Shown one piece after another: positions 28,301 to 40,700 of a DNA stretch of 64,000 nt. How positions within the stretch are numbered: position 1 is the first letter of the stretch; every line of letters starts with the position of its first letter. The notes under the pieces were generated by a model. The model was not told the DNA's origin and did not search any database. It worked only from the letters and a program-made list of their open reading frames with translations. The position numbers were made by a program, and so were the translations under genes. Source of the stretch: Chrysomallon squamiferum (taxonomy: Eukaryota > Animalia > Mollusca); assembly GCA_012295275.1 (NCBI GenBank), contig CM022672.1, forward strand, positions 12,152,001-12,216,000. The letters run 5' to 3'.

Positions 28301-30828
28301 TTCCACAACACCATCTTACCCTTCATTCTGTGCCTTTGAAATAAAAATGTGTAATTCCAGATTAGGTCCTAGAAATGAAATGAACCAATTTTTGTTTTAT
28401 TTTATTATACCTGTAACTCTGTGTTTGGGGCCACGGCATGAAGCATGTTAGGTCATCATAAACACAAAAGCATTATGTTTGTTGCTTAATAACCAAACAA
28501 TACTAAAATGACTTTTATAGCAAAATTATCTGAAGGGTAAATACTTAGTAAATTTTGTTGAATATTCACATTTTGTATTAAGATAATTTTTTTTTGGGGG
28601 TAATTTTCTAAAATATTTTTATTTTTTAGATGTAAAAACAATATTAATCTGTTCTGATGAAGAAAAACACTACTAAAAATAATATTTTCGGACAATAAAA
28701 ACCAAATATTTAAATTTTGATTATGTGTATTTTGTTCGTCCCTGTAACATCGTAAATGTAGATAAATACAAAACAAAACAAAAAAACCCTACCATCTTAC
28801 AAGACAGTCTTGTACAGCACTGGTCAGAGCATGACCAAGGTGAAGTTTTCCAGTCACATTTGGAGGTGGAATAACAATAATAAATTTGTCATCATAACTG
28901 GTGGTTTGTGGATCTCTGCCCTGAAAGAAAAAGTTTAGAATTAATTATATGTTTATATTATTATAAGAGACAGTTAAATGGCGTGTATAGAAACACTGTT
29001 TTCTCTTGGTAAGATGAATCTTTGTATCTATGTACTTTTAATTTATAAGTTTTGTTTCACAAAACAATCAGAACATGTAATTAAGTTAAAGAAAAGTGAA
29101 AGAACGTTGGAATCTTTTATCTTGATATCATTTCAGATATAATTATTAGATGTAAAAACCTTAACAGACTGAGTATAACATTTTCTCATGATCCTTTATT
29201 ATTATAATTATTTTTTAAAAGATTAAAGAAAAACCTGATCAGTGTATAGAAACACTACTTTCTCTTAGTAAAATGAATCTTTGTATCTATGTACAAATTA
29301 AGTTTTGTTTCACAAAACAATCAGGACATGCAATTAAGTTATGACAAGTTAAAGAAAAGTGTAAGAAGGTTGGAATCTTATATCTTGGTATCATTTTAGA
29401 TATAATTATTTTTTTAAAGTTTAAAGAAAAACCTGATCTCACTTCACATTAAAAATCTCTAACATTAAACACTAACATAATTTTATTATTAATTAAATGT
29501 AGCAAGACGAAATAATTTGTGAAATCACTAAATGATAAACTGACATTTTTCAAGAACAACACTCACTCCATATTCAGGTGTGAAAAATCCAGTTCTCTCC
29601 CACCAGTCATACCAGGCTGCCTCCACATAACTTGGACTGTAGGATTCAGGCATGGGACATGATGTATCTAAAAAATATAAAATGAATTCATAATTCTGGC
29701 CTTACATTTATGTGAAAAAATAAAGAACTGATAAGAAATTAAATCAAGTATGCATTGTTCTTAATGTTTAAGTTTAAATTTTGATACCTCTCTCTCTCTA
29801 AAAAAAAATTAAAATAACTAAAAATAAAATAAAAAATAACAATTTTGCAGACTAAAAAAGACACATTAATTCAAAACATTTAATAAAATAAAAAATAATA
29901 ATAAATTTATGATGTGAAGAAAGGAAATTGCATGGCAAACAAAAAATACAGTTAAAGTTAAACACAGTTTAATACCATGCATTTGATTTGTAGACAATAT
30001 AATTTTATTTTAATGTCCATACTGATTTTTTAATTTTCTTTAAATAAATAATCATTCTACACAATGATAGATCAAAGTGGGTGGATAGGAAGGTGCTTTA
30101 TCACAATCATATATATATTTTAAAAAAATGCAAAAATAAAAATAACTACCTTTTTTGTCTCCTTTCTTAGTTGGAATGTCATAAGTGATAACAGACTTCT
30201 CTTTCTGTTTCTTCTCTTTTTTCTGTAGAAATATTATTATTATTATTTTATTTTAGTTGAAAAAACAAATATATATATATACATTTATAAATACATACTT
30301 TCTTATAATGTATATATACATTTTATAAAAAATAATATTTTGGGGTTTTTTTTAAAAGATTACTTTTGTACTTCATTTTTTTTTATTTGCCATGATTTGA
30401 GGAAAAATCAAGTGTTCATGGCAAATCCAAGCTTATAAGTTATACCGTACCTCAACACCTTCCTTTTTCATAGCATTCTGCTGAGCTTCTTTTTCTTTCT
30501 TTGCTTTTAATTTTTCTAACTTTTCAGCCTTTTTTCTGTCCTTTTCTGCTTTCTTCAAATCTTTGTTACTGGGTCCTTTGTCAATGGAATCACCTGGTAA
30601 ATCGTAACTAAATATTTTACAATTATTATGACATTTCTTTAAAACAATCTGATTATTTCCTAATGTACTGATTCTGATTTAATAGACCGAATATGATATC
30701 GGAGTTGTGAGAACTTCAACTAGACGAAAACAGAATATAAGGTTATATAAAGTACAATATTTACCTGCTTGTCCCATAACAGCTGATCCATCAGTATTCG
30801 AATTTGTTTTATTGTCGCTGTCCGACAT
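15615..30828 (-). CDS. VARS1: Valyl-tRNA synthetase, cytosolic type; complete 27-exon CDS, 3198 nt, 1065 aa
   Basis: Exons in transcript order, all GT/AG and phase-consistent: 30765-30828, 30451-30593, 30150-30222, 29567-29667, 28793-28920, 28169-28333, 27879-27960, 27436-27555, 26977-27085, 26271-26450, 25623-25747, 25120-25305, 24265-24341, 23950-24040, 23511-23616, 22973-23043, 22531-22656, 21898-22002, 21406-21474, 20879-20957, 20013-20140, 19485-19640, 18483-18689, 17757-17871, 16987-17159, 16286-16435, 15615-15683. Class Ia motifs: [13 protein letters not shown] (HIGH), [37 protein letters not shown] (editing), [34 protein letters not shown] (KMSKS), C-terminal coiled coil. Confidence 0.97.
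21898..22002 (-). CDS. VARS1: ValRS exon 18, KMSKS motif
   Basis: [35 protein letters not shown]; canonical splice sites. Confidence 0.96.
26451..26563. repeat. 35-bp intronic tandem repeat containing the ValRS exon 10 acceptor sequence
   Basis: TAAATTATGTCT recurs at 26481, 26516 and 26551; CTGAAAAAA recurs at 26451, 26491 and 26526. Confidence 0.9.
28793..28920 (-). CDS. VARS1: ValRS exon 5, HIGH motif
   Basis: [42 protein letters not shown](W); CAG acceptor, GTAGGG donor. Confidence 0.96.
28983..29438. repeat. Imperfect intronic tandem duplication (~200-260 bp unit) in ValRS intron 4
   Basis: GTGTATAGAAACACT...GAATCTTTGTATCTATGTAC...GTTGGAATCTT starts at 28983 and 29242; TTAAAGAAAAACCTGATC ends at 29240 and 29438. 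Confidence 0.9.
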
Positions 30829-31722
30829 GACTTTTACTGATTCGTAAGTTATAAAATAGTTTACTACAAAACAGTTTATATGTTAAAAATTGATCTTGCA
30901 ATACGTTGCAAGAGAAACAAGCACATGTAAGATCCACCAATACTTCCGGTTTAAAATTGCCACGGCTTGCATCATTGTGCAATAAATCAGCAACTGTATG
31001 GTATAGATCTGATATAAAATGACCTGTGTATTGCTTTCCTTTATCAGTTAAGCAGATTCTGTTTTTTTTAAACAATCAAAATTGCTAAACCTTGTTTAGA
31101 CTACCCAACTCGTATCAGGATATTCAGGCCGTTACCGGTGCTCAAGATTATTGGATTGAAAGAAAACAAAACATAAATATTAAAATATCAATGTTACATG
31201 GCGCCTAATTCGATTGAATCTGTTGTACATCTCACTTCCTTCTATTCATCAAAATTCAGTACTTCAGACTATTTAAAAAAAATACACTTCACATAGCTGG
31301 TATGGATTCACTTTTGATTTTGTAAATGTTCTATTAATCACACTCTATTAAAAAAAACGTTACAAAGTGATTTTTATTTTAATGTTTTTAACTTTTTGTT
31401 TGTTTGTTTTGCAGTTAATGAGTTATATCATGATCATCGACATCTAGACAATAATTTCTAAGTAAATTCACGAATTCATGTCAATTACAAAAAATAATAT
31501 ATTGAATATTGTAATGACGGTTCTTTAACGGTTTTTTGGAATATATACTATGGTATAGTATATATAATTATATACATGCCATACAGTGATACACACATAC
31601 ATACATACCCATATTAATCCATTCTGCAAACCATTTAAAGTTAACAAAACAATTGTATTTTTTAAATTTTCTTTTTCTTTCTTTATTCAGGATAAAAGTT
31701 AAAGTATTCCTCGTAATACCTG
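30829..31722. promoter_or_regulatory. Bidirectional promoter and 5'UTRs shared by ValRS and BRCA2
   Basis: Divergent ATGs at 30828(-) and 31723(+); local CpG enrichment. CCAAT 30937-30941, ETS-type ACTTCCGG 30942-30949, TTGCATCA 30967-30974, ATTGG 31160-31164, ATGGCGCC 31198-31205. Putative BRCA2 UTR exons: one ending at 31299 (GTATGG donor), one at 31415-31461. Confidence 0.8.
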
Positions 31723-34700
31723 ATGGATCAGACATGTTTACACTGTGGAGGTCGAACTGCTAATGTCAGATTCAGATCACAGTTAAAAAGGAAAAGATCG
31801 TTTGTAAACAAAGCTGTTAAAAATGGTATTTCATTTGAATATTTCATGAATTTATCCTGCACAATTTCATTTCTCAAGTTTATAATTAATTACTATATAA
31901 TATATTGTGGTGATAATAATATTATAAACAATCTTTAATTCTGACACGATACAGAGAGAGCAGGGGAGGAAGTAACAGTTATTTTAGTTATTTTTAGTTT
32001 TGTAATAAAAACCATATAAATAATGTATTTTAACTAAATGTGTGGTTATTTATTTATTTATTTTTAAATAGCTTTCCTTATTTCATTCAGAAATGTTCAA
32101 AAACATTTAAAAAGTTAATTTTTAATTTTTTATTTTATTTCCTTCTTCAGAGATTGGAACTGGAAATCAAAAGTGGTTTGATGAACTGACCAAACAAACT
32201 GTACAAAGATGTTCTACATCACAGTTCACTGTAACAGATTTCTGCAAGTCTTTGGCTTCCACACAACATTCATCCGAAAGATTTCACGGTTCATTATTAC
32301 TTCTTTTTTTTTTAAATTGTTTTCATCAATACTTACTTTAAAATATTTTCAATATTCTTGAAAACTTCTTCCACATAGGACTAATTTACCAAACACCATC
32401 ATTTGTGCATATCTGTCTGTGATAAGGCATATATGTAAATCATCTGTTGGTGCTAAATCATACAAATGAAAAGACTTAGTGAGAGAAGCCTTTAGAATTT
32501 CATCACTGGTCACATGTTGCACATCTAATAATCTTTTGTAGGAAAATGTATTTAGAACCTTTTGTAATTGCTCTAGCACTCACAGTTTTGATTTCCACTT
32601 CAGTTGCTACTCTAACAAAAATTTTGAAAGTTAAATACAGCACTTTTTTGTTTCATAATTTTAACAATTTTTCACTTTTGAAGACAATACATGAGTTTTA
32701 CAGCTAGTTAATTGTGTAATAGAAATGGGTGAATCCTAAAATGCTGTTGTTCATTTCTGAAATTTAACCCTGATTGCTGATGAATATGAATATTTTCCCT
32801 TGATTTGGTATTTAAAAGATATCTTTTGACAGCTGTGACACCTGGTGGTGGAAATCTGACTCCACTCAGCACCTGGGCATTGCTTGCAACACAGGACACC
32901 AGCACATCAAGAATTTCCAGACCTCTTCCAGGTGTCAGGTAGTATTAAAAATACACAGTTATCTTTATTACACTACTTCTCTTTATAACATTTATAAAGT
33001 ATTTAGATCATTCATGAATTTACTGCTGACTGGCATATTATACCATTCTATTTTAAATTAATTTTTTCAGCCTGTATACCTATATATAGGTAGGTATACA
33101 GGCTAAAAAAAAAAAAATAAACATATATGTTTATTTTATTTATTATTATTATTATTTTTTTTTGATATCATTTCTGATTTGTAGTATATTCAAATTTTCT
33201 TTAAACAAGTCAAATTTATAATATTTGTTTGCCCTATATTTTTTATTATTATTTTTTTTTAAATATCTTTTTGAGAGGAAAACATTTGTTTAACTCAGAC
33301 TATTGATGCTGTAAATACTTTTAAAATAATTTTAAACAAAAGGAAATTTATGTTCTAATTTATTAATTATTTTTATCATTTTTAATATTTTTTAAGTCCA
33401 AAATTTGCGTCGACACCAAAGCCAGAAACCAAGGAGAATCCTATCATAAATATCAGTAAAGACTTTGGATTGGATGATTCTTATATGTCATGGACAAGTT
33501 CCATGGAAACACCCAGTCTGAAGAAAGACAGCACTGATGTTTTAAAAGGTAATTTCTGTATTCAACATTTTTGGGAACTTCTAAATAATAAAATATATTA
33601 TTTTGTTCCAGTATATTGTAATATCTGATTTTTTGGTTGTAATATAGTCTATGTTGATACATATCTGTTATATGTAAATTTTAATAATTTTGAGATATAA
33701 ATATTTTTTTTTACTAAAGTTCTTCCAAAATTTGAACTTTTTTCTATAAAGAAGTGTTTGTTTTAATTATCAAATGCATTTGAAATGGCTAAAAATGTTT
33801 ATTCTGCAGTTTGTATATGAATATGTTAAACACATATGCACATGCATACACACACACCCTTTTCATTATTATATATGCTATTTTAATATTAACAGAAGAA
33901 CAACAAGAAGACAAGTCTGAAAGTTTGGTAAGAATAAAGGTAAATAATATCAGTTAAATTTTATATTGTACATAAATGTGTGACAAATCAATGTTTTACT
34001 GCAAAATTAAAAGGTTTTAAACTGTTGATGATACCAGATTAAAAAAAAAGAAACTGAATTAACAAAATAAATATTTTATCATCACTCAATGTATGTATAA
34101 AGGCATAAAATATAACAAAAAACATTAATTTAGTGATAATAATTCAAACAAGATTCAGTTAACTATATAAATTACATAGGTGCATAGTAAAATATTTGTA
34201 AGTATGGAGGTATGGTGATCCTTATGGCAGTGAAATTCTTGATCAGAATTTTCTGTAAGACAGCTAAGAGAGTTATTTTGTTTTGTTTTTTTGGCACCTG
34301 AAATGAGTTGTAACTTGCATTCTGTGTAATTCTGCTAACATACCTTTATTTTTGTCTAGCTGGAAGTTTGTAAGGAAAAAAATATCATGATTTTTTATTT
34401 GTAGTCTTTAAAAACAAATTTTCTACTACATTTATATTAATCTTTTATAGGGTTTACCCAGAGCGTTGTTCACCCCTGATCAATCTGGGATGGATTGTGA
34501 AGATTTTGGTCACATTCTTGAATTTACAGGAGACAGTGATACATTGATAAACTGTCCACCATTAGGTTCTTCACCACCCGTTGAACCACATTTTTCATCA
34601 CCTATTCTTAAAAGAAAAGTGAACAAAAGATTGTCATTTGGAATCAAATGTGATTTTGAACATTCCTCAGTTATTCCAAACAATAAAGAAAGAAATGGTT

Positions 34701-37700
34701 CTGAAAATATTAAGTCTTTTATTTCTGGTGAGAGTGAATCTGTTACTAAAGTAAAATGTGATAAGGGAGATAATTATTCTCAGAGTGAAGGCATGCCAAG
34801 TCAAAGTACTTCTTCTTCAATCATTGGGTCAGTTTTGTCAGCTTTCTTTGACAGTCCAGCATCAGAAAAACGGAGAGAAGCACCGAAAGGAGTGAAGAGA
34901 AAAGCAGTCGAAATGGAGTCCCTGGAAGATGAACTCAGAATATTGTACAGTTCAGGATCATTGTCAGCAGCAAGTCAGAATGGACTACAGTCGATTCTTT
35001 CTTCAGTTACGAAACACAAAGCGCCAAAGAGAAAATGGGTCAGATTTGCAGACGATGTGAAGAAAACTGATCAGAATGACCATTCACTGAGGAAGCGGAA
35101 GTCGAGTAAAACTGTCAGTTATAAAGAACAGACTGGTAAAGAAAATCAGAATCAGAATCAGATGATTGACATCGACCCACAAGATGAGATAACATTGTCT
35201 TTGAAGGATATTAACTTGAATAGCAATAATTCCTGTAATATTTTAGAAGGAGGAGAAAGTAATTATTTGGAAGATACATCAAAAATGCTGCTGACTGATG
35301 TGAGTGGCATAATGTCTGTGACCATAAAGACTTTAAAAAATGATGTAACTGAACAAAAATCTTTTGAGAATCGGCAAGAAATTGAAGATCAACAGCAGAC
35401 AGAGAACTGGTTGAAGAATCGGAGTCAAAGACAAGATGAGAATAAGACAAATACAAACATTCACAATAGTGATGAACCAAAAATTGAAAGTTTTGAGCTT
35501 TTACCATCAGATACAGCAGTAAAAAATGTCTTGGAACAAGAAGAGAACCAGCTGATGCCTGATAATGCAACTACAGATGCTGTGAATGATGACTTATTTT
35601 CACAAGTGTCACCAACAGTCTGGTATGAAATGTGTCAGGTTTCAGGTAAAGAAACTTCAGATATGCCAAATAAAGTACTATCAGACCACGAAACTCTTCA
35701 TCAGACTGACAAATCTGAGCCAGCTGAGCCTTCTGAGAATATGTTTGAAACAAGAGCATTAGAAAACAAGAACTTTGTAAGTACTACACTTGAAACAAAT
35801 CCAAAATCTGTGGAATCAGAAAATGACAAGAATGTAGAAAATAAAAACAGAGGACTATGTGTGTCAAGGCCTCATAAATTTCTCTATCCATCGAGCAGTC
35901 AGATTAGTCATGTTTGTCCTCAGCATGTATTTAAGTTTAATAACCACAATACAGAAATATTATTTGATGATGTTGATGATGAAGTCTCTTTCAAGCATTT
36001 TGGTGGTAAAAATTCTGGAAATGTTGATAGCAAAGGTAAAAATGTACGTGATATTAATGATAATGCACAACAAAAAGAACAAAACGAAAGTGTTGAAGAA
36101 AAGTTTGAAATCTGCAATGAAACAAATGAGAGTGTAGAAAGTTTAGGAATTCAGAATAAAGATGCTGATGGATTGTTGCCTTCATTTTCCACAACTGGTG
36201 GTAAAATAATAAAATGTCATCAAGATGCTTTAAATAAAGCTGAATCTTTATTAAAAATTGACAATCCTGAAGCATTAAAACTTGCAGATCCCAAACAAAT
36301 TTCTTCACATGCTGAACAGACTGAAATGGAAAGTAAACGAAACAAACTGGAATCTTTAAACTGTAAATTTTCAGATGAAAATTCTTTGTTGTTGTCAGCA
36401 GGCAACAGAGGAAGCTTAAAATGCAACTCAGATGCTGTAGAGAAAGAACTAAGTTTCTTAAATGATGAAGAAAACAGTAAAATGGCACCATCTTTTTCCA
36501 CAGCAAATGGTAAGATTATAAAGTGTGATCAGACTGCTATACTAAAAGCTCAGTCATTGTTGGAGTGCGAACAAGATGAATCAAAATTTCCTGAATTGTC
36601 CAAAGAATGTGGTCCTTCATTTTCAAATGTGGAATCTTTAAAGAGCATCCATGAAAAGCAAAATCTTGGCTTTTCAACAGCAAGTGGTAAATTTGTGAAC
36701 TGCAATGAAAATGCTTTAAAGAAAGCTGAAACATTGTTTGCACAGATTGATGATAGTGATTCTCTTCCATCCTTTTCACTGGCAGCCAAAATAAATAGTG
36801 AAGAAAATATAAACTCTTGTAAAAAGATTTTGCCTTTGCAGTATGAAAATTCTAATAATACAGTAGAGGTAAGTGATCATCTTTCACTGAACATGTCAGA
36901 AAAAGATGTTAAGAAATGTTTGGAACACTCAGACAAAGAGACAGCTAACTATTGTGACTTAGAACTTGAAAACTGTGAAGATGACAAATGTGAAGAAATA
37001 TTTCAGAATATTCTTGAAAATAAGAAGAAAGCTTCCATACCAAAAATAAACAATGCTGATAAGAATTTTGGTTTCCAAGAATGCTCAGGAATCAAAATTA
37101 ATAAATCTGATTCTATCAAGATGATTAATCCAGTACTGAAACCAAAAGGATTCCAGCCATTCAAGAAACCAAAGCAAATTGCATTGAAACAACCAGAAAT
37201 GAATACAAACACAAAAACTGCACAACCACCAATCACTGAAAAACAAATTAAAAATGACATAGAGTGTGGTCAAAGTCTTCAACAGAATCAGCTGGAAGTT
37301 ACAGAAGATCAAAATAAAGACAACACAAAGAAGGATCAAAATGACATAGAAATGAATGAAATGATGTTAAAAGAATTTTCTCATGATATATTTTCACAAT
37401 GTATAAGTCAGAATTTTATGCCTAAAACGAATAATCCAACAACAAATAGAGTCTTGTCATTATCTCATTATGAAAAGAATGAAAACAAAGAATCGACCAT
37501 ATCTCATTTAGATAAAAATGAAATTTCATCTAAATCTAACATGATGACCGACGATTCTGAAAAATATGAAGACTTAATATGTTCAGATCATGAAATCTCA
37601 GAATATGATCTTAATGACAAATCATACATGAAGAACAGTGATGAAACTAAAGTCACTGTTCAACAAGAAACTAACACTGATAAATCTATACAGAATTTGT

Positions 37701-40700
37701 CAGAAGAAGAAAATGAATTTGACATGGCTTCTGACGAAAGAATTCAGTTTTCAGAGCAGTTTTTGTTAAAAGTAAAAGAAAATCTTGTTGATGAAGTAAC
37801 TGAACATGATTTTGAAATGTCACAGATGGAAATTTCTGATCTAGAAATGTCTTTTCTGTCTCAGAACAACAGTTGTGACAATAGAAATGACAATCCCAAC
37901 TCTGATGTTGAGTGTTCAGACCATGATTTTGATAATATTTCAAAACAACAGTCCAACTCAGATTACAAGATCGCTTTACATCCGCTTCTCACAGGTGATA
38001 CCTTATTTGAGGATATAAATGGTAATCAAAATGAAGTAAAATTAGCTTCTAGTAATGAATGTAAAGTGGAAGAAATGGATTCAAAGAGACAGACTGTGCC
38101 TGATGTCAGTATTGATACTTGTGATGCCAAACAAATAGAGAAGACATTTACTGTAAAAGAGGGTTTAGAACATGATAAATTAACAGAGAATGAGGATTCT
38201 GTTATTAATTATACCAGTCTAAGTAAAGGTAATTGTGTTTTTCAGACTGATTCAGAAGTATCTATAGATGTATTAAATGAAAATCTAGAATCTGTTTCTC
38301 GTGCAAATTCTTTATTTAAAGAGAAAGTTCTCTTCCAAACTGCTTCAGGCAAAGATGTAACAGTATGTGAAGAATCAGTCAGACATGCCAGATCTCTTTG
38401 GAATGATGAGTCTGCTGTTCAAACTGTTTGTAAACCCAGTTCATCAACAGCAGTTGATAAAAATGCGACTGTATCCAAATCATCAATTAATCAGGCAATA
38501 TCAGATAGAACTGGTCCTACTACAGATGAGGTACATGATTTCAAAACAAGTCATTTCCAAACAGCATCTGGTAAAAATGTAGCAATATCTGATTCTTCAG
38601 TTAGACATGCTCAATCTCTTTGGGAAGATGAATCTCAATTCCCTTTGGAGAAAAGGTCGGTACAAAATCTATTCCAAACAGCATCAGGCAAAAATATGAC
38701 ACTATCTGAAACTTCACTTGAACATGCTGAGTGTCTTTGGAAAGATGAATCTAGAATATCTCAAGTCGTTACCTCTAGTAAAAAATACAAATTTATTCCA
38801 AACGGCATCAGGCAAAGATGTGACAATATCTGAAACTTCGCTTAAACATGCTAAGTCTCTTTGGAAAGATGAATCTAGAATGCCTCAAGAAACTATGTCA
38901 TGTAAAAACAGACAAATTTATTCCAAACAGCATCAGGCAAAGATGTGACAATATCTCAAGCTTCACTTAAACATGCTAAGTCTCTTTGGAAAGATGAATC
39001 TAGAATGCCTCAAGAAACTATGTCATGTAAAAAGACAAATTTATTCCAAACAGCATCAGGCAAAGATGTAATAGTATCTGAAGATTCACTGAAACATGCT
39101 AAATCTTTGTGGAAAGATGAATCTATTGAATCAGCAACTAAAGCATCAGTGACCTTGTCTGGTGTTTTCCAAACAGCATCTGGAAAAAGGTTAATATTGC
39201 AGAAACATCACTAGATAAGGCAAAGTCTTTGTGGAAAGATGAAGCTAGTTCTTATGTAAATAAAACCACATCTGAAACGTTGGTGAATTCTGCTGGATCT
39301 TTGTGGAATGATGAATTTTTGCAAGAAGAGCCAGAATCTGTACTCAAGGAAGCAAAGTGTTTTGAGGCTGGAGATGGTGTTTCTGAATCAGACATTGACA
39401 AACATAAAGGATTCACAATGTTTCAAACAGCATTAGGTAAAACTGTCAGTGTGTCAGAAAGTTCAGTGAACAAAGTAAAAGATCTGTGGAAAGATGAAGG
39501 TGGTAATGATAATATTAAGTATTCTTCTGTTTCTGATCTGTTTAAAACAGCTTCTGGAAAGTTAGTCAAGGTTTCACAAACATCACTAGAAAATACCAAG
39601 ACGGTTTTGAATGATCAAAACGATGGATATCCAATATCATCAGTGAACAGTGATGAAAATGTTGATAAGCAGAGACAAAAGAAAACTTACAGTAGTTCTG
39701 TGTGTGCTAAGAAAATTGAAATAAACAACCCATTTCAAACAGCTTCAGGGAGCAAAGTGATGATATCAGAATCTGCTTTACAGAATACAAAGAAAATGTT
39801 TAATGATATTGACAGCAATCCTCTGGAAACCAATAGTCTGTTACAGATAACATCAGAGAATGTTGAAGAATTTCATAAGCAACCATTCAGCAATTTACAG
39901 ACATCTTTATTATCAAAAGACAAAGGAAAATCAACTACACACAGTGTCAATAACAGTTTGGAAAATAATGCTTGTAGAGTATCATTTAATGAAAATTTTG
40001 AAAAGACAGAAAAATATCCAGAGTGTGGAATCACAATGAATCAACGCAAGTCCCCTGTGTTTAATAGTGCGTCACATAATGGCAAGACCACGAAGAATGA
40101 ATCATTTACACATTCACTTCAAGGTTGGTACTAAAATATTTCTTTTGATAAAGATGACTGATGTTTTCACTTTAGAAATAGATTTTTTCCATACAGTTTT
40201 TATTCAAGACATTCTCCTTTTAAGGCTTTTTATATATTTATTATCAATAATTTATTTAACACAGTCTTATGTGGCTGTCTGCATATATATGTATGAATTG
40301 ATACATACGTGTATGCTTGTACATGAAAGAAGAGGTATGGATATATAGTATATTTATATATGTGTGAGTGTGTGTGTTTGTTTGTGTATGTGTTGTGTAT
40401 CTTTTTTTTTTAATGTTATGTAATGATATTTGATAAAGCACTTGTTTTATTTTATTTCAGATAAAGAAAGAGTAATAAAAAGAAAAGTACTGCGATCTGT
40501 TCCCGAAGGTAATAACAACATCATAATAATTAGTAAATAATTACTGTTTGTGTGGTACACAAAACAGTTATATCTCAGTTACATTAATATTAAATTAGTG
40601 TTACACATGGCATTTATAATTATAATAACCATATTTATGACTGTTAACATAAATCATAATTTGACAGTCATTTAAGTTAAAATGCTCAGACCATTTCAAG

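Noticed and set aside
30809-31075. 88-aa ORF across the ValRS promoter as an N-terminal extension
   Set aside because: Not in frame with the ValRS ATG, has a non-ATG start, and its stop position differs between the copies.
35211-37943. Antisense and alternate-frame ORFs inside the giant exon (and their copies at 56634-59250)
   Set aside because: Shadow ORFs of a long coding exon; their repetition only reflects the duplicated segment.
38666-39245. Regularly spaced repeats as a CRISPR-like array or non-coding satellite
   Set aside because: Units are contiguous 123-bp in-frame coding repeats with no unique spacers, in a spliceosomal gene.
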